Numbered from the stretch's first letter, positions 1-10,066 are shown. The stretch is 64,000 nt of DNA from an uncultured Chryseobacterium sp. (GCA_963526305.1 CAURNW010000007.1:161032-225031), one strand, 5' to 3'. Numbers and translations: made by a program. The notes: generated from the sequence alone by a model not told the origin.

Positions 1-549
1 TTCGTCATACATTTTTTTCTGCCTGTTAAATTGATCTTCGCTTAGTTTCAATTCGTTTTCTGCAGCGGAAAGTTCTGCTTCTTCACCTGTCAGTTTATTG
101 TTCAGCTGGCTGATTTTTATAGTAAGCTGATTCAGTTTCAGGTCCCTTGCCGTATTCAGTGCCTGAAACTGGCTGTTAACGGTACCGACTTTCGCTTCAT
201 AATAATCTCTGACTCCTTTCTTCGCATCCACCTGCTGCTCAGTCCTCTGTACCAAAAGAGGATCTAAATAATCATCTTTCACCTCAGACAGCTGAAGCAG
301 CGTATCTCCTTTTTTTACAAAATCTCCGTTTTTCACATTCCATTTGATAATTCTTCCTGGGATGGGTGAATTCAGCTGCTGTGGTCTCTGTTCCTGATAG
401 AGTGTACTCACATTACCCTTAACATGGATATTCTGTGTCCAGGGTAAAAAAAGCACTACGAAACCTGCCAGGAAAATGATTAAAAACCATCTTTTAACCT
501 TCGACTTTTCATTGATATGATATATATTTTCGAACGACTGCAATTTCAT
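1..549 (-). CDS. HlyD-family membrane-fusion/secretion protein, N-terminal part (3' end lies beyond the window)
   Basis: My own translation from the ATG at 549: MKLQSFENIYHINEKSKVKRWFLIIFLAGFVVLFLPW (single TM), then PIPGRIIKWNVKNGDFVKKGDTLLQL (lipoyl-like barrel-sandwich motif), then a coiled-coil. The frame stays open to position 1. Lies directly downstream of an ABC exporter. Confidence 0.7.
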   Translation of the reverse strand, partial: MKLQSFENIYHINEKSKVKRWFLIIFLAGFVVLFLPWTQNIHVKGNVSTLYQEQRPQQLNSPIPGRIIKWNVKNGDFVKKGDTLLQLSEVKDDYLDPLLVQRTEQQVDAKKGVRDYYEAKVGTVNSQFQALNTARDLKLNQLTIKISQLNNKLTGEEAELSAAENELKLSEDQFNRQKKMYDE

Positions 550-565
550 TTTTTAAAAATTTTTA

Positions 566-2227
566 TTAAACAATTTCCAGAGTACCGTGCTGCAGATGAA
601 GATGCTGATCAGCAAGCTGCGTTAGTGTTTGATTCTGAGAAACAATAATGATTGTTGTATTCCTTTTTATTTTATTGAGGTACAGCATCATTTTATTTTT
701 AAATTCATCATTCATACCGTCGAGAGGATCTTCCAGTACAAGAAGTCTTTTGTGCCCCAGTAATGATCTCAAAAGCAGTATTTTCTTTCTTGAGCTAAAG
801 GAAACTTCTGTATCTGTCTCACTTATTTCTGTATCAAATCCTGAGCTGAACTGGCTCGAAATATTATCGATACCGATTTCATCAGCGAGTTCTAAAATAC
901 TTTCGGGACTGATGTCTTTATTTCCGAGAATGATATTTTCCTGTACCGTTCCTTTAATGATCGTCATATCTTCCAGGTAAAGGCCTATCTGCGTTCTAAG
1001 CTCAGTTTTATTAATATTTTTCAGAGGGATCTTATCAAAAAGCACAGACCCGGAAGTCGGCTGGTAGAATCCTGCAATCATATTCAGCAACAGTGATTTC
1101 CCTGCCCCCAGTTTACCGGATATAACAGTAATTGTATTTTCGGGAATTTTAAAATTAACATTATTTAAGATGTTTTGATGTTCACTAAAAGAGAAACTTA
1201 CATTTTTAAACTCAATCTCCAGCCCTTCTTTGTATTCACCTAAAACAATTTCCCCATTGTGCTCCTCCGGCAGATCGGTTACTTTATTCAATTTGGCAAG
1301 GGAGGCAATAACATCATAATAACTTTCAAGGCTTACAATGAGTTTTTCCACTGCTGTCATGATGCTTAAGACAACAATCTCTGTGGCTATGAATGCTCCG
1401 ATGTTCAGTTTCTGATTAACCAAAAGATAGGTTCCGATAACGAGCATCGCTAAAGTAATGATGACTTTAAAAGCAATGATTGTTTTATACTGGATGACCA
1501 GAACGCGAAAATGGGAAGTCCTGAAATTAAGATAGCCAACCACCCGCTCATCAACTCCTGAAAGATGCACTTCACTTGTAGAATTGATTTTGAATGTTTT
1601 AACTGATGCTGCAATATCTTCAAGCCATGATGCAACCTGATATTTTTTCTCACTTTCTTCGATACTGGACTGGATTCCGCTGTCCATGGTAAATCTGAAA
1701 ATAATAATAACACAGATAATGACCAAAGCTCCGAAAATCAAAAACCAGGGATGGTAAAATGAGAGCAGCAGAATACCAAAAATAATCTGAATAATAGCTG
1801 TTGGAATTTCCAACAGAATTTTTGAAATTCCTTTCTGCAGATTCTGTGTATCAAAAAAACGGTTGACCAATTCCGGAAGATAGTATTTCCTTGTTTCACT
1901 GAGATTGACTTTCGGAAGTTTTTCTGCAAATGCAAGTGAAAACTCTACAAAAATTTTCTGCTGAATTTTCTCAATAATCTGCATTACTTTTAACCTGAAA
2001 TATCCTACAAGCCAGGTTCCTATTACAACAAAAATAATTAGAATGTAGATCGAAGTTGCCATCGTTGCTCCCATTACAAAACTTACAATCGACTGTATCC
2101 CCAAGGGTACACTCAACTGTACAAGACCATTCAGGATGGCATAAAAATAAATATTGGTAACATCTTTTTTCTCTTTTGTAACGTATTTAAAAAGGTTGTA
2201 ACCGTGTTCTTTAGAAGTTTTTTCCAT
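566..2227 (-). CDS. ABC transporter, fused permease/ATP-binding protein (bacteriocin/peptide-exporter-like) with atypical NBD motifs
   Basis: 553-aa ORF. The N-terminal half has about 5-6 hydrophobic helices. The C-terminal NBD has Walker A GKLGAGKS. Sits between TetR and HlyD genes. Confidence 0.85.
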   Translation of the reverse strand: MEKTSKEHGYNLFKYVTKEKKDVTNIYFYAILNGLVQLSVPLGIQSIVSFVMGATMATSIYILIIFVVIGTWLVGYFRLKVMQIIEKIQQKIFVEFSLAFAEKLPKVNLSETRKYYLPELVNRFFDTQNLQKGISKILLEIPTAIIQIIFGILLLSFYHPWFLIFGALVIICVIIIFRFTMDSGIQSSIEESEKKYQVASWLEDIAASVKTFKINSTSEVHLSGVDERVVGYLNFRTSHFRVLVIQYKTIIAFKVIITLAMLVIGTYLLVNQKLNIGAFIATEIVVLSIMTAVEKLIVSLESYYDVIASLAKLNKVTDLPEEHNGEIVLGEYKEGLEIEFKNVSFSFSEHQNILNNVNFKIPENTITVISGKLGAGKSLLLNMIAGFYQPTSGSVLFDKIPLKNINKTELRTQIGLYLEDMTIIKGTVQENIILGNKDISPESILELADEIGIDNISSQFSSGFDTEISETDTEVSFSSRKKILLLRSLLGHKRLLVLEDPLDGMNDEFKNKMMLYLNKIKRNTTIIIVSQNQTLTQLADQHLHLQHGTLEIV

Positions 2228-2235
2228 AGAATTAT

Positions 2236-2931
2236 TTATTTGAGTAAAGTAAAGGTAATGTGACGTAAATATTTCAGTACATATTTTTTGTGTTCCATCT
2301 TATCAATATAATTATCGGTAAGTTTTGGCAGATGTTCGCTGAAAAACTGCTGATTGTGAGCTGTCTCAAGTAAAGTACTGGCAAATGACAGAGGAAACTG
2401 AAAATCAGGCTTTGCTTCAGAAAGTACAGTACCGCAAAAACTGCAAAGACTTTTTAAAGGATTAAAAACCAATTCTCTGTTGATCTCGTCAACTTCTTTT
2501 ACCAGATAAGATTTGCTGCTTTCGGAGATCACGATAGCATGCAGTTTAGACAAATCATAATCCTCCAGCATACTCTCATAATTATCCTGATGAGTAATGA
2601 TACTGAGAAGTTTCTCGACTTTTTGCGATGGATCCTGAATCTCTAAAAGCCGAAATTTCGAAATCAGTTCCAGATACGACCAATACCAGTTCAGAATATA
2701 GGTGAGTAATTTGTATTTTGACGAAAAGTAGCGGTAAACTGTGGCCTCTGTCGAATTTATTTTATGAGCAAGTTTCCTGAAAGTAAAATTTTCAAAACCG
2801 GTCTCACTAATTAATTCTATTGAATTTTTAACAATCGCTTTACCGACATCGCTGCTTTCGGGATCCCGGAGGTACAGATTTTCACTTACCTTAAATTTGA
2901 TTTGAAATTCCATTATAAAAATTTGATTCAA
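2236..2931 (-). CDS. TetR/AcrR-family transcriptional regulator
   Basis: 231-aa ORF with an N-terminal HTH: FTFRKLAHKINSTEATVYRYFSSKYKLL. First gene of the TetR-ABC-HlyD string. The true start may be the M at 2913. Confidence 0.8.
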   Translation of the reverse strand: MNQIFIMEFQIKFKVSENLYLRDPESSDVGKAIVKNSIELISETGFENFTFRKLAHKINSTEATVYRYFSSKYKLLTYILNWYWSYLELISKFRLLEIQDPSQKVEKLLSIITHQDNYESMLEDYDLSKLHAIVISESSKSYLVKEVDEINRELVFNPLKSLCSFCGTVLSEAKPDFQFPLSFASTLLETAHNQQFFSEHLPKLTDNYIDKMEHKKYVLKYLRHITFTLLK

Positions 2932-2935
2932 AAAT

Positions 2936-2987
2936 TAGCAATACTAACAGCAAAGATATTAAAATTTTTTAATTAATAGCAATACTA
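2936..2987. promoter_or_regulatory. Two copies of TAGCAATACTA (2936-2946, 2977-2987) upstream of the TetR gene; candidate operator sites
   Basis: Exact 11-nt direct repeat, spaced 41 nt apart, each quasi-palindromic (8/11 self-complementary). Located in the TetR/sucC divergent intergenic region. Confidence 0.3.
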
Positions 2988-3166
2988 TCATTTATGATTG
3001 TTATGCAATTTTGATTTATTCATTAAGAAAACATTTTAACAATAAAGAATACTTCTGATATATGAAATCATAAAAGAAAATTATTAATAAATAGAACTGT
3101 TTTTTGAGATATGATGCAGAAAGATATATTTGAGTATCGCAATCCTTCAAAAGATAGATAAATTAC

Positions 3167-3197
3167 TTTCTAAATCTGTGGTTTTTTAGTAAATTTG
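3167..3197 (+). promoter_or_regulatory. Candidate Bacteroidota sigma-A promoter for sucC
   Basis: TAAATTTG (3190-3197) matches the -7 consensus TAnnTTTG. A TTTC (near TTTG) lies 19 nt upstream. The ATG is at 3236. Confidence 0.4.
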
Positions 3198-3235
3198 TCA
3201 ACCTTTAAATTTTAAAATAAAATAATAAAAATAAT

Positions 3236-4426
3236 ATGAATCTTCACGAGTATCAATCAAAAGAGATTTTATCAAAGTACGGAGTAGCAATACAACGTGG
3301 TTTCGTAGCGAATAATGTTGACGAAGCTGTAGCTGCTGCTGAAAAACTCACTGCAGAAACAGGAGCTCAGGCATGGGTAGTAAAAGCACAAATTCACGCA
3401 GGTGGCCGTGGTAAAGGAGGCGGTGTAAAGTTTTCTCCGAACATGGATAAACTGAAAGAAAACGCTCAGAACATCATCGGAATGCAGTTGATTACCCCTC
3501 AGACTTCTGCTGAAGGTAAATTGGTAAATTCCGTATTGGTAGCAGAGGATGTATATTATCCGGGAGAATCTGAAACCAAAGAATTCTATGTTTCTATTCT
3601 TTTAGACAGAGCTGAAGGTAAAAATACAATCGTATATTCTACTGAAGGAGGAATGGATATTGAGCACGTTGCTGAAGTAACTCCGCATTTGATCCACAAC
3701 GAACTGATCGATCCTACTTTGGGTCTTCAGGGTTTCCAGGCCAGAAAAATCGCTTTCAACTTAGGTCTTGAAGGAAATGCGTTCAAAGAATTTACAAAAT
3801 TCATCACTTCTTTATACAATGCTTATGTAGGAATTGATGCTTCTTTATTCGAAATCAATCCTGTATTAAAAACTTCTGATAACAAAATTATCGCTGTTGA
3901 TGCTAAAGTAACCCTGGATGGAAACTCACTGTTCCGTCACAAAGATTTAGCTGAATTGAGAGATACAAGAGAAGAAGATCCTTTAGATGTTGAAGCTGGT
4001 GAAGCTGGTCTTAACTTCGTAAAGCTTGATGGAAACGTTGCCTGTATGGTTAACGGAGCAGGTCTTGCAATGGCGACTATGGACATCATCAAATTGTCTG
4101 GTGGTAACCCGGCAAACTTCCTTGACGTTGGTGGTACTGCTGATGCTGCAAGGGTACAGACTGCTTTTGAAATTATCTTAAGAGATCAGAACGTAAAAGC
4201 GATCCTGATCAACATCTTCGGAGGTATTGTAAGATGTGACAGAGTTGCACAAGGTGTTGTAGATGCTTACCACGCTATGGGAAGCCTTCCTGTTCCGTTG
4301 ATCGTAAGATTACAGGGAACCAATGCTGTAGAAGCTAAAAAATTAATTGACGAGTCCGGACTTCCTGTACACTCTGCAATTACTTTAGAAGAAGCTGCCA
4401 ACAAAGTAAAAGAAGTTTTAGCTTAA
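3236..4426 (+). CDS. sucC: Succinate--CoA ligase (ADP-forming) beta subunit
   Basis: 396 aa. MNLHEYQSKEILSKYGV N-terminus, ATP-grasp region and C-terminal CoA-ligase GGIVRCD motif, all typical of SucC. Confidence 0.97.
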   Translation: MNLHEYQSKEILSKYGVAIQRGFVANNVDEAVAAAEKLTAETGAQAWVVKAQIHAGGRGKGGGVKFSPNMDKLKENAQNIIGMQLITPQTSAEGKLVNSVLVAEDVYYPGESETKEFYVSILLDRAEGKNTIVYSTEGGMDIEHVAEVTPHLIHNELIDPTLGLQGFQARKIAFNLGLEGNAFKEFTKFITSLYNAYVGIDASLFEINPVLKTSDNKIIAVDAKVTLDGNSLFRHKDLAELRDTREEDPLDVEAGEAGLNFVKLDGNVACMVNGAGLAMATMDIIKLSGGNPANFLDVGGTADAARVQTAFEIILRDQNVKAILINIFGGIVRCDRVAQGVVDAYHAMGSLPVPLIVRLQGTNAVEAKKLIDESGLPVHSAITLEEAANKVKEVLA

Positions 4427-4450
4427 TTTTTAAGTTATTTCATTTATATA

Positions 4451-4482
4451 AAATCCGTTTTCGATAGAAAGCGGATTTTTTT
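4451..4482 (+). terminator. Rho-independent terminator after sucC
   Basis: 12-bp stem aaatccgttttc/gaaagcggattt with a gata loop, followed by a T-run. Confidence 0.7.
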
Positions 4483-4536
4483 GTTAAAATATTTTTTCGT
4501 GTGGTATAAATTATTAATTTTATACTAAACATTCCG

Positions 4537-4995
4537 ATGAAAAGATATCTCTTGTATTTTTTAATTCCCATCCTTTACAACTGTCAGTCTCAGATGAGCA
4601 ATGGCGCCCACCTCAACCAAAGGGAAATTCAGTTTGAGGATAAAAACCATTATCCTTTTTCTTTGACGAAAGAAGCTTTTCTTGTCATCGATTCCCAGCA
4701 AAAAATGGATGATGTTTTTAAAATTATTCATCAGCACAGTATTGGAAAGAGACTCTCCCCTATTCCAACAGTTTCAGATAACGAGATCTATATCGTTATA
4801 CACCCCAAAGTAACAAATGATAATGACATTTCCATTGACTCAATAAGACTTCAGAAAAGCATTCTTTATGTGTATATCAAAGAATTTGACAATCCTAATG
4901 TCAGTCATCAAACAAAGGACTCAACTCATGTTCTTATAAAGCTGAACGAGAAAATAACTTTCAAAAACATCATCATCAAATATGATCATAAATAA
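4537..4995 (+). CDS. Hypothetical lipoprotein
   Basis: 152-aa ORF with an N-terminal hydrophobic signal ending ILYNC (lipobox-like Cys). No recognisable domain. Confidence 0.5.
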   Translation: MKRYLLYFLIPILYNCQSQMSNGAHLNQREIQFEDKNHYPFSLTKEAFLVIDSQQKMDDVFKIIHQHSIGKRLSPIPTVSDNEIYIVIHPKVTNDNDISIDSIRLQKSILYVYIKEFDNPNVSHQTKDSTHVLIKLNEKITFKNIIIKYDHK

Positions 4996-5002
4996 TAAAA
5001 TC

Positions 5003-7204
5003 ATGCAAAAAAAAACCTTTACACTCTCTTTTCTGCTGCTTGCTGTTCTGAGTTTTGCACAACATAACTACTGGACAAAGCTCAACCGGAATACCAATAC
5101 TACCGATGAACTAAGACCCAGATGGACCACTCCAACAACTTTTTCATTATATCAACTTGACATTGAGAAGATAAAAAATGATTTAAAAAAAGCCCCACAA
5201 CGTTTTTCAGGGAATGAAAACCTAGTCATTAAATTTCCTGATGCTGACGGTAATATGAGAAGCTATATTATTCAGGAAGCTTCGGTAATGGAACCTGCAT
5301 TACAGGCAAAATTTCAGGATATCCGATCATACATCGGCTGGGAGAAAGGAAATTCTTCCAATACCATCCGCTTCAGTGTAACACCGCAAAATGGGGTAAG
5401 CGTGATGTATTTTGACGGTTGGGAGGTAAGCTACATGGACAGTTACACGAAAGATAATTCTTCTTTTATTCTATACAGAAGAAAAGATTTGCCAAAGAAC
5501 GACAGACTCTTTAAATGTCATGTGGAAGACGCATTAGATCAAAAAAACATTTCGGGTACAGGGTCAGATCAAAAAGCTCCGTTAGTTACTGACGGACAGT
5601 TCAGAACATACAGACTGGCATTAGCCGCAACCGGGGAATACACGACATTTCATGGTGGAACGGTTGCAGGTGCGATGAGCGCAATGGCTGTCAGCATGAC
5701 ACGGGTAAATGGGGTCTATGAAAAAACAATATCATCAACCATGGTCATGGTCGCCAATAACGATCTTTTGGTATATACCAACGGAGCAACCGATCCTTAT
5801 ACCAATAACGATGGCTCTGCTATGTTAACTGAAAACCAGAATACCGTCGATGGTATCATAGGATCTTCAAACTATGACATCGGTCACGTGTTCAGCACAG
5901 GAGGTGGCGGAGTTGCTTATTTAGGTTCGATATGCACAAGCAGCAAAGCCGGAGGAGTAACAGGATCAGGTGCTCCGGTGGGAGACCCTTTTGATATTGA
6001 TTATGTAGCCCATGAAATCGGACATCAATTTGGAGGCAATCATACCTTCAGAGCAAATACAGGATCATGCAGCGGCAATGCAAATACCAATACCGCGTAT
6101 GAACCGGGAAGCGGAAGTACGATCATGGCATACGCTGGAATCTGCGGATCCAATAACAACGTTCAAAACAACAGTAACTCATATTTTCATGCAGCAAATG
6201 TTGCTGAAATGTATACTGTTATCAGAAGAAGTTCTGACTGCTCCGTTAAAACCCCTAATAACAATCTTGTTCCTACAGCCAACGCCGGAGCTGATTACAT
6301 CATTCCGAAGGGAACTGCATTTGCACTGACAGGGACCGGCACAGATCCTAATAATGATCCCATCACCTATTTATGGGAGCAGTACGACCGACAAAGCAAT
6401 ACACAGCCACCGGTTTCTACTGCTACGGCTGGGCCTGTTTACAGATCGGTGTTGCCAACGACTTCTCCGACCAGATATTTTCCAAACATGACTTCTGTAC
6501 TGGCCAATAATTTAGTCCCTAAGTGGGAAGTTACCCCGAGCGTTGCAAGAACATTAAATTTTTCACTGCTCGTTAATGACAACAAAGCGACAGGAAATCA
6601 GTCAGCCAATGATGCAATGATCGTAACAGTAACCAACGACGGCCCTTTCAACGTTACTTCTCAAACGACGAATACGGCATATAGTGCAGCTACACCTGTC
6701 ACCGTAACCTGGAACGTTGCAGGAACCAATACAGGAACCATCAATACCCAAAATGTTACCATACTGCTGTCTAAAGACAATGGAGCAACATTCAATACGG
6801 TTTTAGCTGCCAGTGTGCCGAATAACGGTTCTGCAACAGTCAATCTGCCTAATGAGAATATTGCATCTGCAAGAATTATGGTTAAAGCGCTTGGGAATAT
6901 CTATTTTGCACTGAACCCTTCTTACTTCTCAGTAACAGGTTTCTTAGCTACTTCTGAAGTTGACAAAAACATTTTTTCAATATTCCCGAACCCTGTTAAA
7001 GATGAGATCAATATCAGAATGAAAAATCAATCTGACTCCGGAAAATATTTAATATATGACCTGTCAGGAAAACTTGTGAAATCCGGAGAGATCAAAGGAA
7101 ATACCCAAATCAGAACAGATGGTTTCCAAACCGGGAATTATGTCATTACCGTACAGTTGGAGAATGGTAAAAGTTATAACGAAAAACTGATTATTCAAAA
7201 ATAA
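5003..7204 (+). CDS. Secreted reprolysin-like (M12B-type) zinc metalloprotease with a T9SS C-terminal sorting domain
   Basis: Signal peptide MQKKTFTLSFLLLAVLSFAQ. Zinc motif HEIGHQFGGNH. The C-terminal ~80 aa (FSIFPNPVKDEINI...YLIYDLSGKLV...GNYVITVQL...KLIIQK) match the Por/T9SS type-A CTD pattern. The ORF track starts at 4982; M at 5003 is preferred. Confidence 0.85.
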   Translation: MQKKTFTLSFLLLAVLSFAQHNYWTKLNRNTNTTDELRPRWTTPTTFSLYQLDIEKIKNDLKKAPQRFSGNENLVIKFPDADGNMRSYIIQEASVMEPALQAKFQDIRSYIGWEKGNSSNTIRFSVTPQNGVSVMYFDGWEVSYMDSYTKDNSSFILYRRKDLPKNDRLFKCHVEDALDQKNISGTGSDQKAPLVTDGQFRTYRLALAATGEYTTFHGGTVAGAMSAMAVSMTRVNGVYEKTISSTMVMVANNDLLVYTNGATDPYTNNDGSAMLTENQNTVDGIIGSSNYDIGHVFSTGGGGVAYLGSICTSSKAGGVTGSGAPVGDPFDIDYVAHEIGHQFGGNHTFRANTGSCSGNANTNTAYEPGSGSTIMAYAGICGSNNNVQNNSNSYFHAANVAEMYTVIRRSSDCSVKTPNNNLVPTANAGADYIIPKGTAFALTGTGTDPNNDPITYLWEQYDRQSNTQPPVSTATAGPVYRSVLPTTSPTRYFPNMTSVLANNLVPKWEVTPSVARTLNFSLLVNDNKATGNQSANDAMIVTVTNDGPFNVTSQTTNTAYSAATPVTVTWNVAGTNTGTINTQNVTILLSKDNGATFNTVLAASVPNNGSATVNLPNENIASARIMVKALGNIYFALNPSYFSVTGFLATSEVDKNIFSIFPNPVKDEINIRMKNQSDSGKYLIYDLSGKLVKSGEIKGNTQIRTDGFQTGNYVITVQLENGKSYNEKLIIQK

Positions 7205-7224
7205 AATTATTAATACCAAGTGGC

Positions 7225-7256
7225 AGAGGTCTGGAATTTCCAGACCTCTTTTTTTT
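7225..7256 (+). terminator. Rho-independent terminator
   Basis: agaggtctgg-aattt-ccagacctct stem followed by T8. Confidence 0.75.
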
Positions 7257-7326
7257 GATAAAAATCATAATTTTAATCCAGATTAAAAAAGATATTTACA
7301 TCCAGAATCCTTACTTTTATAACACT

Positions 7327-8523
7327 ATGGATAGGATCATTATGGAACCCAGATTTAAAGATTCACAACATTTCAAAGATTTTTGGAAAAACGGCAACGG
7401 AAAACAGCTGATTGATTTTTCCGGAGCACAGGTGAGTTTTACTGATTTTGAAAAATTTTCTAAGTACTTTCATCATGTAGATGTATTGGGTGATGCGGTT
7501 GTGAAAGATGTTTATTTTACTCAAAAATACAGCGAAGCTTCGCGGCAGATTGAGCATTATATCCGAAATGGGGTTTCAGAGAATGATGATGTTCCGGAGA
7601 GCGTAAAAAAACTTTTCAGTCAGACACAGGAAGTTCCTCACTGGCTTGATGACAGCCTTCTGAGGTGCGGTGCAGAACTCTGTATGAGAAGCAATATCGA
7701 TTCTCTCATTTCCCTGCGTGATTACTGCCTTATCGGCGGTTATGATTATGCATACCTCAACAAGCCGCTCATCGTGACAGAAGCCCTGAAAAAAGGGGCC
7801 GTAAAACGACTGTCGGAAACCTTGGATTTCTGGGTCAATGTGACCCGGTACGAAGCTTTGGAAATCCATAAAAAAGGGTATGAATTTGCTATAAAAACGC
7901 GACTGATCCACTCGTATGCCAGGCTGTCTGTCAAAAAACACTATAAAAGCTGGGATACAGAAAACTGGGGAGAGCCTATCAATTCATGGGATATGATGGC
8001 TACCTATATTGGCTTCAGTCTTGTATTTTTACACAGTCTCAAAAAATTGGGCAACACGATTTCTGATGAGGAAGAAAAAGGGCATTTTCATCTTTGGAAA
8101 TACATCGGTTACCTCTTGGGAATCCCTGAAGAACTTCTGCCAAACGATAAGAAGCAGGCAACAGAATATTTTTACCTCTGGACTTCCATACAGCCACCAG
8201 CCGATGAGGATTCGATCCTGCTTGCGCATTCTTTACTGAATGAATCTTTAGAAAATCCTATTTTGAAATATTCGTTTCAGAGAAAAAACCTCCGCTACCT
8301 GCACATCTGCTGTACATGGTTTCTGCTGGATCACGAAGTCTGCAAAAGACTCCGTATTCCCGATGTGCCATTTAAAAAAGGGTTTCCGATTACGAAAAGG
8401 ATCATCAACAAAATATATGATTCTACGGTCAGCCGTGAAGCGCGTATAAAAAAGGGCAACAAAGACCAGATAAAGGTTTTGGAAGATTACCTGCGGGTTA
8501 CCCAAAGTTCTAATTTTCATTAA
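7327..8523 (+). CDS. DUF2236/MpaB-like oxygenase-family protein (tentative)
   Basis: ORF 7255..8523, with a likely start at MDRIIMEP (7327). The segment TRLIHSYARL...WGEPINSWDMMATY resembles the RLxHAxVR / G.PINQ.D motifs of the family. By-eye call only. Confidence 0.5.
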   Translation: MDRIIMEPRFKDSQHFKDFWKNGNGKQLIDFSGAQVSFTDFEKFSKYFHHVDVLGDAVVKDVYFTQKYSEASRQIEHYIRNGVSENDDVPESVKKLFSQTQEVPHWLDDSLLRCGAELCMRSNIDSLISLRDYCLIGGYDYAYLNKPLIVTEALKKGAVKRLSETLDFWVNVTRYEALEIHKKGYEFAIKTRLIHSYARLSVKKHYKSWDTENWGEPINSWDMMATYIGFSLVFLHSLKKLGNTISDEEEKGHFHLWKYIGYLLGIPEELLPNDKKQATEYFYLWTSIQPPADEDSILLAHSLLNESLENPILKYSFQRKNLRYLHICCTWFLLDHEVCKRLRIPDVPFKKGFPITKRIINKIYDSTVSREARIKKGNKDQIKVLEDYLRVTQSSNFH

Positions 8524-8531
8524 ATTTTTCA

Positions 8532-8866
8532 GGAGCCTCATCCCGCTTTCACTACTCGCTTTTTCTTATTTCGCCGTGCGAAAATAAGAAAAGAGCTCAG
8601 ACATGCCGTTCAATCGGGGCTAAAAATCACCCGTCTTCGATGTCCGTTCGAATCTCCTCTCTTCACAAAGGGAATTACTGTCACAGATAATAGAACGATT
8701 CAAAAACAGTTCGGAAGCAGAATAAAATATTCAAAACATAAGCTTTTAAAAAACTTTTAAACGCAACAGATGATTAGCCCCGATTGACGCGGCATCCTTT
8801 TTCCGAAAGGGCTTTGCAAAAAGAAGGCGGAGGAAAAAGATACAGCAGAAAACGGGATTAAGCTCC
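8532..8866. repeat. Two inverted copies of a ~90-nt intergenic repeat element (8532-8621 and 8774-8866)
   Basis: The reverse complement of the right arm begins ggagcttaatcccgtttt and ends gccgcgtcaatcggggcta. The left arm begins ggagcctcatcccgcttt and ends gccgttcaatcggggcta. The left arm contains the internal hairpin cttatttcg/cgaaaataag. Confidence 0.6.
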
Positions 8867-9008
8867 TAAATATCAACGGTAAGCACTTGTCATTAAATAC
8901 TGGATCCCTCATCACTTTTTTATTTTGTATCGAAAAAATTTATCATTATTTAACGTTAAAAACGACTTCCGAAAATAAATAATATTAGCTTTTAAAATTT
9001 AAATTATG

Positions 9009-9016
9009 TATTTTTG
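9009..9016 (+). promoter_or_regulatory. Candidate -7 promoter element for recA
   Basis: TATTTTTG matches TAnnTTTG, 21 nt upstream of the recA ATG. Confidence 0.35.
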
Positions 9017-9036
9017 ATAAATTATTTTAATACGAT

Positions 9037-10044
9037 ATGAGCAACATAGATGATAAGAAAAAAGCGCTTGCATTGGTGCTTGACAAGCTAGATAAAACAT
9101 ACGGAAAAGGAACGGTCATGACACTTGGTGACAGTGCAATTGACACGACGATCGAAGTCATCCCTTCCGGGTCGCTGGGATTGGACATTGCATTGGGCGT
9201 TGGCGGATATCCGAGGGGAAGGATTATAGAGATCTACGGACCGGAATCTTCCGGTAAAACAACGTTAACCCTTCACGCAATAGCTGAAGCTCAGAAAGCA
9301 GGTGGAATTGCCGCTTTTATAGATGCTGAGCACGCTTTTGACAGAGGTTATGCAGGAAAATTAGGAATTGATCTTGAAAACCTGATTATTTCGCAGCCGG
9401 ACAATGGCGAGCAGGCTTTGGAAATTGCTGATAACCTGATCCGTTCAGGGGCAATTGACATCGTTGTGATTGACTCTGTGGCAGCACTGACTCCAAAAGC
9501 GGAGATCGAGGGGGAAATGGGAGATTCTAAAATGGGTCTTCATGCAAGACTGATGTCTCAGGCTTTAAGAAAACTGACGGCAACCATTTCAAGAACAAAA
9601 TGTACGGTTATTTTCATCAACCAGTTGAGAGAAAAAATCGGAGTAATGTTCGGAAATCCTGAAACCACTACCGGAGGTAATGCTTTGAAATTCTACGCGT
9701 CAGTAAGAGTAGATATCAGAAAAGCAAGTGCTCCGATCAAAAATGGTGATGAAGCTGTAGGAAGCCGTGTGAAAGTGAAGATTGTAAAAAACAAAGTAGC
9801 TCCACCGTTCAAAATGGCAGAATTTGACATTATGTACGGAGAAGGAGTTTCCAAAACAGGTGAAATCCTTGATACGGCCGTTGATTTGGGAATTGTAAAG
9901 AAAAGCGGTTCATGGTTCAGCTACGGTGAGACCAAATTAGGTCAGGGCCGTGACGGGGTGAGAGACCTTTTAAAGGACAACCCTGAATTAGCCGAAGAGC
10001 TTGAAGGAAAAGTAAAAGAAGAAATCATCAATAATAAAAAGTAA
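9037..10044 (+). CDS. recA: Recombinase RecA
   Basis: 335 aa. [10 protein letters not shown] Walker A, plus the FIDAEHA and [33 protein letters not shown] hallmark segments. Confidence 0.98.
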   Translation: MSNIDDKKKALALVLDKLDKTYGKGTVMTLGDSAIDTTIEVIPSGSLGLDIALGVGGYPRGRIIEIYGPESSGKTTLTLHAIAEAQKAGGIAAFIDAEHAFDRGYAGKLGIDLENLIISQPDNGEQALEIADNLIRSGAIDIVVIDSVAALTPKAEIEGEMGDSKMGLHARLMSQALRKLTATISRTKCTVIFINQLREKIGVMFGNPETTTGGNALKFYASVRVDIRKASAPIKNGDEAVGSRVKVKIVKNKVAPPFKMAEFDIMYGEGVSKTGEILDTAVDLGIVKKSGSWFSYGETKLGQGRDGVRDLLKDNPELAEELEGKVKEEIINNKK

Positions 10045-10066
10045 TTTTTTTATTGCTTTACAGATA

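Noticed and set aside
648-8541. Numerous internal or antisense ORFs of 60-120 aa (e.g. 648..980, 1450..1713, 6012..6329, 7576..7941, 8248..8541)
   Set aside because: All are nested in or antisense to longer ORFs with recognisable domains, and none has independent support.
8640-8665. GTTCGAATC T-loop-like motif suggesting a tRNA or tmRNA fragment
   Set aside because: The flanking bases (gtccg / ctcct) do not pair into a T-stem, and no acceptor or anticodon arms can be drawn.
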